Positions 15,163-23,933 of a stretch of 64,000 nucleotides of DNA are shown piece after piece. A model generated the notes under the pieces. The model was not told where the DNA came from, made no database searches, and saw only the letters and a program-made list of their open reading frames with translations. A program made the translations under genes and the position numbers. The stretch's first letter is position 1; each line of letters opens with the position of its first letter. This stretch comes from Syntrophus sp. (in: bacteria) (GTDB lineage Bacteria; Desulfobacterota; Syntrophia; Syntrophales; UBA8958): NCBI GenBank assembly GCA_025355725.1, contig JANXZC010000109.1:38340-102339 (forward strand). The letters are read 5' to 3'.

Positions 15163-16731
15163 TCATTTCTTGGGGATGACCCGCCGTCGCACCGGGGCGC
15201 GGCGCTCCGGGACAGCTACACTGTAGGGAATCGCATCGGCGTCGATAATGTCTTCCACCCGGGCCGGCATCTCGTCGGGGATGGATATTAATCCGGGGGA
15301 AGCTTCTTCCGGGTTAAAAATCCTCCGGGATAGAATCCTTCCGGGTTCACGATTCCGTTCCCGGCTCGTTGTTCCGAAACGCTGCTTATTGATGTTTTCA
15401 GGGCTTTTTATGATTTTGTTGTTTCTCGTCTTAATGGGTGCGGTGGGGACAGATTCAACTCTCTCCCCCGTCACGCCGGCTATCTTCGCATACCCCGTTC
15501 CAATCGCCTGATCGGCACCGGGACCGTAATCGCTTGCCGCCGGGTGTTCGCCGTCTCCGCTCCGACGCTTTTCTTCCTTAGGAGGCTGTTTTCTGCTGCC
15601 TTCGTAGATCTCGTATTCCAGCAGGCGGCTTTCCAACTCGCCGTTGTATAGAATCACCCGCCGGGAAGTGCGGAGCCCCACCTTTTTGGCTAAATCCAGA
15701 TTGGCCGTGAAGACATAGCCCCGATATCCCTCGCACCTCTCCTTAAAAAAATCCCCGATCCCGGCATAGAGACCGGCAAGGTCGGCTTCTTCCCCCAGCC
15801 GCTGGCCGTAGGGGGGGTTCATAACCACAACTCCCTTTCCCCCTGGCATAGAGGTTTCTTCGAAAGGACATTGGCGAAATTGGATATAACGGCCCATTTT
15901 TGCCCTCCCGGCGTTGACACCGGCGGCCCGGACCGCATCCAGAGAAATGTCCGTGGCAATTATCCGTCCGGGAATATCCTTCCTTTCTCCTTTTCTGACC
16001 TTCAGACGCACTTGTTGCCACAGGTCGTCGTCAAATCCTTTCAGGTGAAGAAAACCGAAATTGTCCCTTAGTAAACCCGGGGCCCGCCGCCGGGCAATCA
16101 GCGCCGCCTCGATAGCCAGGGTGCCGCTGCCGCACATGGGATTGATTAACGGCCCGTCGCCCGTCCAGCCCGTGGCCATGATCACCGCCGCCGCCAGGGT
16201 TTCCTGCATGGGGGCAATGAGGGGAATCTTGCGGTAACCACGGCGGGAGAGGGGCTCCCCGGAGGTATCGGCAAAAATCCGGTAGAGATCATCCTTCCAG
16301 TACACATGAATAACGGCACCGGTCCGGTCGGAACCGGAATCAGGACGGCACCGGAACAGGTTCCGGAGGCGATCCACAATGGCGTCTTTGACCTTGAGGC
16401 TGGCGTAACGGGGGTCGCGAATCTCCTGGGTATCTACCGAAGAGGTTATACAGACATAGCCGTCCTCATGGAGGATATCCTCCCAGGGCAGGTTAATCAC
16501 TCCATCATAGAGGTCGCCCGGCGTCTTGGCCTGACCTTCGTGAAGGAGGAGAAGAACCCGCTGACCCGTACGCAGGGAAAGGTTGAGGAGCATGGCCTCC
16601 TCCATAGCCCCCTCCGTCTCTACGGCCGCTTCCGACTCTTCATGGATCGGCAGCCCCAGGGCAAGGATCTCCTGCTGTAAATAAGGGGCCGTCCCCTTGG
16701 CGCAGGTGATGAGAATACGGCGTTTTTCCAT
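15163..16731 (-). CDS. THUMP-domain class I SAM-dependent RNA methyltransferase (RlmL/COG0116-like) with a disordered basic C-terminal tail
   Basis: LINPMCGSGTLAIEA (motif I) and VVMNPPYGQRLG (NPPY). The start is ambiguous (16731 / 16761 / 16773). The last ~150 aa are low-complexity. Confidence 0.8.
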   Translation of the reverse strand: MEKRRILITCAKGTAPYLQQEILALGLPIHEESEAAVETEGAMEEAMLLNLSLRTGQRVLLLLHEGQAKTPGDLYDGVINLPWEDILHEDGYVCITSSVDTQEIRDPRYASLKVKDAIVDRLRNLFRCRPDSGSDRTGAVIHVYWKDDLYRIFADTSGEPLSRRGYRKIPLIAPMQETLAAAVIMATGWTGDGPLINPMCGSGTLAIEAALIARRRAPGLLRDNFGFLHLKGFDDDLWQQVRLKVRKGERKDIPGRIIATDISLDAVRAAGVNAGRAKMGRYIQFRQCPFEETSMPGGKGVVVMNPPYGQRLGEEADLAGLYAGIGDFFKERCEGYRGYVFTANLDLAKKVGLRTSRRVILYNGELESRLLEYEIYEGSRKQPPKEEKRRSGDGEHPAASDYGPGADQAIGTGYAKIAGVTGERVESVPTAPIKTRNNKIIKSPENINKQRFGTTSRERNREPGRILSRRIFNPEEASPGLISIPDEMPARVEDIIDADAIPYSVAVPERRAPVRRRVIPKK

Positions 16732-16883
16732 CCACATTGATGTGGTCGTTTCAGGTTCCATATTTTTTAACATTTTTCCTTCTATCAAAATTTCCATCAA
16801 AATATAAGAATTATATTGGATATGAGGATGAAAACATAAAGAGATGGTTGCGAAACTATCTAGATTTGTGTAGATGAGTACCC

Positions 16884-17930
16884 ATGAGTTCTGAAAAGTC
16901 TCGACATATTGCTTTTTACATCCTCCTCGGGCTGGCCACTCTCCTGTTTATCTATCTCATGAAGCCTTTTTTCTTCCCCATTTTCTGGGCGGCGGTGATC
17001 GCCACGATCTTCACACCTGCTCATCAATACTGCTGCAGGAAGGTCAAATCTCGCAGCCTTTCGGCAACGATCGTCCTCTTCATGATTATGCTGATCATCA
17101 TTCTGCCGGCCGGGGTTATTGGCAGCCTCTTGTTGAATGAATCCCTGGCATTGTATAACGCCCTCGATGTAAACAGCGCCGCCATCGAACAACAGATCCA
17201 GAATATCTCGGGAAAAATTACAGCCAATCCCTATCTGAGCCGCATGCATATCGACACGGCCTTTCTCACGGCAAATCTCGCTGAGGGAGCGAAAAACATA
17301 GCTAACTACATCATCTACAACCTCAGGGACCTGACGCAGAACACCATTGTGTTTGCCGTTAATTTCGCAATCATGCTCTACACCTTGTTCTTTTTTATCC
17401 GGGATGGAGATAAATTCGTCCGTATGATCATGAAACTCATGCCCCTCGAAGAGGCACGGGAAGTCCTGATTCTGGAAAGATTCTCCTCCACCGCCCGGGC
17501 CACCCTCAAGGTGACCCTGATTATCGGCGGCATCCAGGGCATCCTGGGTGGTCTGATCTTTTTTCTCACCGGAGTCAAGGGCGCCTTGACTTGGGGGACG
17601 ATGATGGTTTTCACGTCCATTGTTCCCGCCATCGGCTGTTCCCTTGTCTGGGCCCCGGCGGGGATCGTTATGGCCATGATGGGGCATTTCTGGGAAGGCA
17701 TGATCATCCTGGCCTTCGGCATTATCGTAATCAGCCATGTGGACGCGGTGCTGCGTCCGCTGCTGTTAGGGCATGACGTCCAGATGCACACCCTGCTGAT
17801 CTTTCTTTCCACCCTGGGAGGCCTTGCCCTGTTCGGGATTTCGGGTTTCGTCATCGGACCCGTTATCACCTCCCTGATGCAGGCCTTCTGGCAGATGCAT
17901 GATGAACTATCCAAAAGCAAAAAATCGTGA
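16884..17930 (+). CDS. AI-2E family transporter (PerM/UPF0118)
   Basis: 348 aa with about 8 TM segments and the characteristic layout, including ...PAIGCSLVWAPAGI.... Confidence 0.8.
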   Translation: MSSEKSRHIAFYILLGLATLLFIYLMKPFFFPIFWAAVIATIFTPAHQYCCRKVKSRSLSATIVLFMIMLIIILPAGVIGSLLLNESLALYNALDVNSAAIEQQIQNISGKITANPYLSRMHIDTAFLTANLAEGAKNIANYIIYNLRDLTQNTIVFAVNFAIMLYTLFFFIRDGDKFVRMIMKLMPLEEAREVLILERFSSTARATLKVTLIIGGIQGILGGLIFFLTGVKGALTWGTMMVFTSIVPAIGCSLVWAPAGIVMAMMGHFWEGMIILAFGIIVISHVDAVLRPLLLGHDVQMHTLLIFLSTLGGLALFGISGFVIGPVITSLMQAFWQMHDELSKSKKS

Positions 17931-18376
17931 AAACAACCTATACTTTCATCCGTCAACCGGCGGATTTGCAAATAGACAAAATCATCCGCCTCTATCAGAC
18001 GGCGGGATGGTGGACCGGGCTGGCTCACGAAAACCACGAACTCATTCGCCGGATTGTCGCCGGGAGCCATTGTTTCGTCCTTGCCTGTGAGGGAGACGAG
18101 ATCATCGGCATGGGCCGGGCGATAAGCGACGGCGTCAGCGACGCCTATATTCAGGACATAACCGTTCTTCCCGAATTCCGGGGACAGGGCGTCGGAACGG
18201 TTGTCGTGAAGGAGATTCTTAAGCAGTTGCGGGCCGACGGTTTGCAATGGATCGGCCTCATCGCCGGCAGACATTCCCATCCTTTTTACAGGAAACTGGG
18301 GTTTGAAGAGATGCCGGCGGCCACGGCCATGCTCCTGATGATGAATTTTGACGGGGCCATGAGAGAGTCATCATGA
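17927..18376 (+). CDS. GNAT family N-acetyltransferase
   Basis: Acetyl-CoA motif A: VLPEFRGQGVGTVVVKEIL...GFEE. Overlaps its neighbours by 4 nt. Confidence 0.85.
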   Translation: MKTTYTFIRQPADLQIDKIIRLYQTAGWWTGLAHENHELIRRIVAGSHCFVLACEGDEIIGMGRAISDGVSDAYIQDITVLPEFRGQGVGTVVVKEILKQLRADGLQWIGLIAGRHSHPFYRKLGFEEMPAATAMLLMMNFDGAMRESS

Positions 18377-19278
18377 AAAAGCTTGCCCTTGAAGACTACC
18401 AGCTTCTCAAGCCCTACTTTGCCATTCAGCCCTATGGCCTGTGCACCTATTCCCTGCCTTCCCTGATCGTCTGGAGCAATCATGTCTTCCAGACGTTCTA
18501 TGTCATCGAAAATGATTCCGTAATTATCGCCAATGAATCGGGATGCCGGCCGGAAGAAAACCATCTGCTCCTGCCGGTCGGGCCGAGCGGCCTGCCCGCG
18601 CCGGAGAAGCTTGCCGCCCTCGCCTTGCAGACCGGCTACCGAAAATTTGGATCGGTCCCCGAGGATTATCTGGAACAAACGGGGAAGGAAAAGATCGGGC
18701 CGTACTTTATCATCTCCGAACAGCCGGAATATGACGACTATGTCTATCTGACCACAGATCTGAGTCAGCTAAAGGGCAATCGGTACGCCAAAAAACGCAA
18801 TCTGCTTCACCAGTTTTCCCGTGATTATCTCCAGCGAAACCGGGTGGTTACCGGACCGATATCACCAGATGAAGTTGAGGAATGCCTGGACTGTCTTGAA
18901 AAATGGTGTGAAATCAGGAACTGTGACGCCGATCAGGACTTGAGTCTGGCCTGTGAAAAGGAGGCCGTTATCAACGCTCTTAATCATTATGAAAAGCTTG
19001 ATATGAAAGGACTTTACGTACGCATTGATGGAGAGATCTGCGCCTTCTGCCTTTCGTCCCATCTGCGTCCGGATATGGGGGTCATGAATTTCGAAAAGGC
19101 CCTGCCCCACATCCGCGGCCTCTACCAGTACCTCGACAACGAATGCGCGAAACACCTTTTTAAAGACTACCTGTATATCAACAAGGAAAGCGACATGGGT
19201 CTTCCCGCCTTAGCCGAATCAAAACATTCCTATCATCCGGTCTTAAAAATCAAATCCTACCGCCTGACCCTCCGCTGA
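18373..19278 (+). CDS. Conserved hypothetical protein, DUF2156-like (weak recollection)
   Basis: 301 aa, translationally coupled to the GNAT gene. GNRYAKKRNLLHQF resembles the DUF2156/LysX C-terminal family. Assignment is tentative. Confidence 0.55.
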   Translation: MKKLALEDYQLLKPYFAIQPYGLCTYSLPSLIVWSNHVFQTFYVIENDSVIIANESGCRPEENHLLLPVGPSGLPAPEKLAALALQTGYRKFGSVPEDYLEQTGKEKIGPYFIISEQPEYDDYVYLTTDLSQLKGNRYAKKRNLLHQFSRDYLQRNRVVTGPISPDEVEECLDCLEKWCEIRNCDADQDLSLACEKEAVINALNHYEKLDMKGLYVRIDGEICAFCLSSHLRPDMGVMNFEKALPHIRGLYQYLDNECAKHLFKDYLYINKESDMGLPALAESKHSYHPVLKIKSYRLTLR

Positions 19279-19287
19279 GACCTCGTC

Positions 19288-19412
19288 ATTCCGATTCTAA
19301 ATCAGAGATGATATCAAGGCGGCAAGGAAGAGGCGACGCAGGCGTATTGTAAATACGTCGAGGAGCCGATGACGAAGCTAACGAAGATAGCGCTATAATT
19401 TAGAATCGGAAT
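19288..19412. repeat. 125-bp element bounded by 15-bp perfect terminal inverted repeats (MITE-like element or long hairpin)
   Basis: ATTCCGATTCTAAAT (19288..19302) and its exact reverse complement (19398..19412). The element fills the gap between convergent genes. Confidence 0.5.
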
Positions 19413-20152
19413 CACTCGATGGACATTAAGGAGAGCCACCGCTCTTCCTCGGTGGCGCGGGGGAGGTCATGTTCCTTGAGGAGATCGATAATCGCCGGTT
19501 CATTGAAACGGAGATAGGGATTGATCTGCAATTCCTCGGCGAGGGTTGAGTAAACATGGCCGGGGTCGTATGTCTGCCGGAACCGGTCAACCTCCGGATT
19601 GTCCGGTTCTAATTGTTTCGCCAGGGCCACGGAATCCCGGACATAATCATGACCTGCATAAATAAGGGTGTCTCCCGGCAGGGCCAACAAGCGATTGATG
19701 GACCGGAAGAAGGCCCTTTGATCGCCGGAAAAGCAGTTGCCCACCGTGCCGTTGAACAGGGTGTCCCCGGTGATCAGGGCGCCGCCAGTGAGCAGAGTGT
19801 CGTCGGTGCTCGGAGTGCCGCCGACATGGAAACATACAGAGTCCGCCGTATGCCCCGGCGTCCGGTAAACCCTAATTGATTCTCCCTCGATCTCGATTAT
19901 CCCGCCGTCAGGAAACTCGTCATGATCCAGATACTGTGCCTGGCTATGGCGGAGGAGCGGTTCGTTGCCCGCCGTGTGATCGAAGTGGCCGTGCGTATTG
20001 GTGACATAGGTCAGAGAAAGTCCTCGCTTGTCGAGGAAGCTGAGCATCTCCTCCCAGGCCACGCCGTCAATGGCCACGGCTTCCTTCTTCCCGTAGAGCA
20101 AATAAGCAAGATTATCGCCGCAACGGAACTGCTCTATAGATAGATGGGGCAT
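19412..20152 (-). CDS. MBL-fold metallo-hydrolase (glyoxalase II-like)
   Basis: THGHFDHTAGN metal motif; 246 aa. Confidence 0.85.
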   Translation of the reverse strand: MPHLSIEQFRCGDNLAYLLYGKKEAVAIDGVAWEEMLSFLDKRGLSLTYVTNTHGHFDHTAGNEPLLRHSQAQYLDHDEFPDGGIIEIEGESIRVYRTPGHTADSVCFHVGGTPSTDDTLLTGGALITGDTLFNGTVGNCFSGDQRAFFRSINRLLALPGDTLIYAGHDYVRDSVALAKQLEPDNPEVDRFRQTYDPGHVYSTLAEELQINPYLRFNEPAIIDLLKEHDLPRATEEERWLSLMSIE

Positions 20153-20412
20153 CGTTCCTCCCTTGGAAAATTTACTTCAGCTTCACATTGTCCTTTATTA
20201 TCAGCAACGTTATTCTCCATTTCATTGGCATACCACCTCCAACGGCTCACCTGTGTGGGTCGAATAATCGTTTAACCAATTCCGTTTTGCCTCTCAACAT
20301 GGAGAATAAAAGTAGATTTTCTCTCGAAAGATTGTTAGAATACCGCCATCTATACGAGATCTGCGCAAATATTTCCATCACTTGGCCATGATAAAATTGG
20401 GAGGAACGACCT

Positions 20413-20634
20413 ATGGAACTTGGCGATATTGTCGTTGTTGACCACCCCCGGCACCCGTTTTACGGACGCACGGGAAAGATTATTGGCAGGCGAGGAGAAT
20501 ATGAGGCAGGCGATCCCTGGTTCCTCATTTATGTGCCTACTCATATGCGCAGCTTTCTCGTTCCCCAATCAATGCTGTGCCTCGAAAAAGAGGTCGCCGT
20601 GGTCGTCGACGTCTTCAGCGATCGCCTCCAGTGA
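20413..20634 (+). CDS. Hypothetical small protein
   Basis: GGGAGG SD 8 nt upstream of the ATG. The N-terminus GDIVVVDHPRHPFYGRTGKIIG looks KOW/SH3-like. No firm homology. Confidence 0.4.
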   Translation: MELGDIVVVDHPRHPFYGRTGKIIGRRGEYEAGDPWFLIYVPTHMRSFLVPQSMLCLEKEVAVVVDVFSDRLQ

Positions 20635-20688
20635 GGCATTACCCCGATAACGGTTTTTGCATCCCCATAGCTTATCTTTAACCACCGT

Positions 20689-21684
20689 TCACGCAGAAGC
20701 TATTTTCAGTGGTTTATGCACGCCGGATACCGTGACGATGCCGGTGATCAGTTCCGGCGGGGTGATGTCGAAGGCAGGGTAATATGCCTTCACCCGCTCG
20801 CCGGTGATCGGCGTTCCCTGGAATTCGATAACCTCCCGGGGATCCCGCTCCTCGATGGGGATGTCGTTTCCCCGCAGGGTGCGACGGTCGGGACCACCGT
20901 AGCCGAGAATATAAAAGGGAATGTCCAGGTGCCGGGCGCAGATGGCTAATTGCAATGTCCCCACCTTGTTGGCCACAGCGCCGTCCATGGCGATCCGGTC
21001 CGCCGCGGTAAAGACCTTCTGAATCATTCCTTTGGACATGCAATAGGCCGCCATGTTGTCGGTGATGAGGGTGGTGTCGATTCCCATTTCGCTCAGGGAC
21101 CAGGCCGTCAGTCTGGCCCCCTGGAGATAGGGCCGCGTCTCCGTGCATATCGCTTTTATTTGCTTGCCGTTTTCTTTTGCATACTTGAACATGTAAAGCA
21201 GGCCGGCTCCGGCAAAACAATGGGTGAGAACCGTATCTCCGGAGGCAAGCAGGGTTTCCGCCTGTCTGCCCGTAGCCTGAGAGATCTCCCGCTGGCGAGC
21301 GAGGCTCTTGTTCAAGACGGCAAGGATAATTTCCGAGGCCTTGCCGCCGGCGTGTTTTCTGACCCTCTCCAAGAGCTTCCCCATAAGGACAGCGAGATGA
21401 AACCCCGTCGGCCGAGTGGCGCAAAGGCGGTCGGCGGCCTGCTTGAGTACCGCCATATCCAAACCGTCGTCTTGCCTTTCCATTTCCCTGGCCGCAAGAT
21501 AAAGACCATATCCCGCCGTGAGGGCAATATCTCCCGCTCCCTGAACCATCATCTGCTCAATGGCCCGAGCCACTTCAACATGGTCGGTGCAATACACCTC
21601 TGCTTCGGACCGGGGCAACTTGCGCCGATCAATGATGATCAGGGCATCTTCCCCCTCTAGATAGACATTGTTCTCCAGATGCAT
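20689..21684 (-). CDS. mtnA: eIF-2B alpha/beta/delta-family isomerase (methylthioribose-1-phosphate isomerase-like)
   Basis: TETRPYLQGARLTAWSL...VFTAADRIAMDGAVANKVGT...IPFYILG. Start reset to MHLENNVYLE. Confidence 0.8.
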   Translation of the reverse strand: MHLENNVYLEGEDALIIIDRRKLPRSEAEVYCTDHVEVARAIEQMMVQGAGDIALTAGYGLYLAAREMERQDDGLDMAVLKQAADRLCATRPTGFHLAVLMGKLLERVRKHAGGKASEIILAVLNKSLARQREISQATGRQAETLLASGDTVLTHCFAGAGLLYMFKYAKENGKQIKAICTETRPYLQGARLTAWSLSEMGIDTTLITDNMAAYCMSKGMIQKVFTAADRIAMDGAVANKVGTLQLAICARHLDIPFYILGYGGPDRRTLRGNDIPIEERDPREVIEFQGTPITGERVKAYYPAFDITPPELITGIVTVSGVHKPLKIASA

Positions 21685-21942
21685 CAATAAAGGCTCGGTC
21701 AAGATTCTAGTTTCCCTTCTTTTTATGAATAGAAGGAACATAAGCTATCATAGTCCTTTCAGTCATGCAAACAGGGATTCAACCATAAAGACAAAAACAT
21801 CTTGACTTTGTTTAATTTATTTGGCTTTTAGTGATCGAGACAAACGGTTTTATTTTCTGTCCAGGCAGTCTCAGAGCACAATTTTTTGTACGGTCGCCTC
21901 CCTGAGATGGGAAAAGGAATACCTGAACGGAGACTGACAAAG

Positions 21943-23196
21943 ATGGCTTCGGAAATCCGGCAAGTCGAAAAAAAGCAGCTCCGATTGTTTGAAAAGCTTA
22001 TCAGATCGGAACAGGAAAAATCCGTCATCCTCGATTCGATGACCGAACTTGTTTTATATCTGGACACGGATTTACGCGTTATCTGGGCAAACAAGGCCAT
22101 GCATGACGCCTTCCAGCTAACGACCGGTCAACTGAACAAAAAACACTGCTATCAAGCCCTCCACAACAGAAGCAAGGTATGCCGCGTCTGCCCGGCCGAA
22201 AAAACCCTCAAAACCGGGAAACCCCATGAAGTAGTGGATTTTTTGTCGTATAAGAAGAATTGGGTCCTCCGCAGTTACCCCGTCCGCAATGAAAAGGGAT
22301 CTCTAACCGGGATTGTAGAAATCGTCACCGACATAACGGAGCGCCGAAGGGCCGAAGAGGCATTGAGACAGTCGGAGCAGCAGTATCGCGAGCTCTTCGA
22401 AAATGCCAACGACATCATCTTTATTCTCGATTTCGACGGCAATATCCAGTCCGGCAACGCCGCCGCCGCAAAAACCTACGGCTACGAACCGGAGCAACTC
22501 CAAGGCCTGAACATGGCCGACCTCCTTCATCATGATGATCTTGACCTGGTCCGGGACCTTCTTCAGCAGAAGAGCGACGATGCCGAAATAAAGTCTCCTC
22601 AGGAATTCCGGACCCTTACAAAAGATGGCGAGACGGTATGGCTGGAAGTCAACACCAGGATCATGAAGGAAAACGGCAGAAACATATCCATTCACGGTAT
22701 TGCCCGGAACATCACGGAACGGAAAAGGATGGAAGAAGACCTGAAAAAAAGAGAAAGGGAACTATCTGAAAAATCAAGGAATCTTGAAGACGCAAACACC
22801 GCCCTTAAAGTTCTCCTCAAGCGTAGAGAAGAGGATAAGACGGAGCTGGAAGAAAAGGTGCTCTGCAACATGAGAGAGCTGATCCTGCCTCATGTTGATA
22901 ATCTGAAACTGTCATCCGTCGACAGCCGCCAATTGAATCAATTGACGATCCTCGAGGGTCACATCAATGAGATCATTTCGCCGTTCTTGCGCACCCTGTT
23001 CTCTAAATACCCCAACCTTACACCAATGGAAATCAAGATCGTAAATTTTATAAAAGAAGGACGAACAACAAAGGAAATCGCTGAACTGCTTCATATATCG
23101 GCCAGAACTATAGATGTGCACCGGGACAACATCAGGAAAAAAATTGGTTTGAGGAGCAGGAAAATCAATCTCCGTTCCTACCTGCTCTCCATATAG
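21943..23196 (+). CDS. PAS-PAS-coiled-coil LuxR/GerE-type transcriptional regulator
   Basis: Two PAS blocks (the first with a CRVCP Cys pair) and a C-terminal HTH TPMEIKIVNFIKEGRTTKEIAELLHISARTIDVHRDNIRKKIG. The start is ambiguous (21886 / 21907 / 21943). Confidence 0.82.
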   Translation: MASEIRQVEKKQLRLFEKLIRSEQEKSVILDSMTELVLYLDTDLRVIWANKAMHDAFQLTTGQLNKKHCYQALHNRSKVCRVCPAEKTLKTGKPHEVVDFLSYKKNWVLRSYPVRNEKGSLTGIVEIVTDITERRRAEEALRQSEQQYRELFENANDIIFILDFDGNIQSGNAAAAKTYGYEPEQLQGLNMADLLHHDDLDLVRDLLQQKSDDAEIKSPQEFRTLTKDGETVWLEVNTRIMKENGRNISIHGIARNITERKRMEEDLKKRERELSEKSRNLEDANTALKVLLKRREEDKTELEEKVLCNMRELILPHVDNLKLSSVDSRQLNQLTILEGHINEIISPFLRTLFSKYPNLTPMEIKIVNFIKEGRTTKEIAELLHISARTIDVHRDNIRKKIGLRSRKINLRSYLLSI

Positions 23197-23233
23197 TAAT
23201 TCCGCCCCATCCCAATTATGGGAATACATAGTC

Positions 23234-23258
23234 AATTTACGTATACCATACGTAAATT
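23234..23258. promoter_or_regulatory. Perfect 11-bp inverted repeat (candidate operator)
   Basis: AATTTACGTAT-acc-ATACGTAAATT. It lies 38 bp after the LuxR-type gene and 120 bp before the next operon. Confidence 0.45.
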
Positions 23259-23376
23259 TTCAGTATTGCATTTTAGTGAAATCAGTGGTTGCATCCTTTG
23301 AAAATATAGAATGTGTGTAGTGTTTTCAGGGGGGCCAATATCGTTTTTAACCAATCATAACTAAGGAGGGGAAATT

Positions 23377-23916
23377 ATGACGCGTGAGGAAAAAATCGAG
23401 GAAATCCGCCAACGTGCCCGGAAGAATTTTTCTTTGGGTTATAATTGCGCGGAATGTGTCACCGAGGCAGTCTTGAGTCTGGTGGATACGGGGTTGCCTC
23501 CCGAAGTAAAGAAAGTGGCGACGGGATTCGGCGGCGGCATCGGGCTTTTCGGGGATACATGCGGCGCCCTTGCCGGTGCGGTTTTAGCTGTTGGCGCCGT
23601 ACACGGCAGAAGCAGTCTTCCCGAAGGCGAAGGGAAGGAAGCAGCCATGAAATCAAAGGAACAGCTGTACGGGAAACCTGGTCTTTACCGGCTGTTCAAC
23701 ATCATCCCCAATCGGATTAACGAGAAGTACGGCAAGACGCTATGTCGTGATTTCACTGCCCAGTGGCAGTCCAGTTGGCTTTGCCGCGATCATGCTATCT
23801 TCTGTCGCGAACTCATCACCGATGCCGCCGGCATAGCGGCCGAACTTGTTCTATCCGATAAGGAAGAAATTGCTTCGAGGCCTTTTGCAAAGAATGTCGA
23901 AAATCTGAAAGACTGA
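23377..23916 (+). CDS. C_GCAxxG_C_C family redox protein
   Basis: GYNCAECV and GGGIGLFGDTCGALAGAVLAVG motifs, with a GGAGGGG SD. Confidence 0.85.
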   Translation: MTREEKIEEIRQRARKNFSLGYNCAECVTEAVLSLVDTGLPPEVKKVATGFGGGIGLFGDTCGALAGAVLAVGAVHGRSSLPEGEGKEAAMKSKEQLYGKPGLYRLFNIIPNRINEKYGKTLCRDFTAQWQSSWLCRDHAIFCRELITDAAGIAAELVLSDKEEIASRPFAKNVENLKD

Positions 23917-23933
23917 TAAAGGGAGGCATTAAC

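Noticed and set aside
16860-18280. Long minus-strand ORFs 16860..17738 (292 aa) and 17378..18280 (300 aa).
   Set aside because: Their products are low-complexity and rich in Gly, Asp, His and Arg. They lie antisense to the well-supported AI-2E transporter and GNAT genes, so they are shadow ORFs.
23300-23320. A sigma54-like TGGTTGCATCCTTTG upstream of the C_GCAxxG_C_C gene.
   Set aside because: The -12 position reads TTTG, not TTGC, so the GC dinucleotide is not at the required distance.
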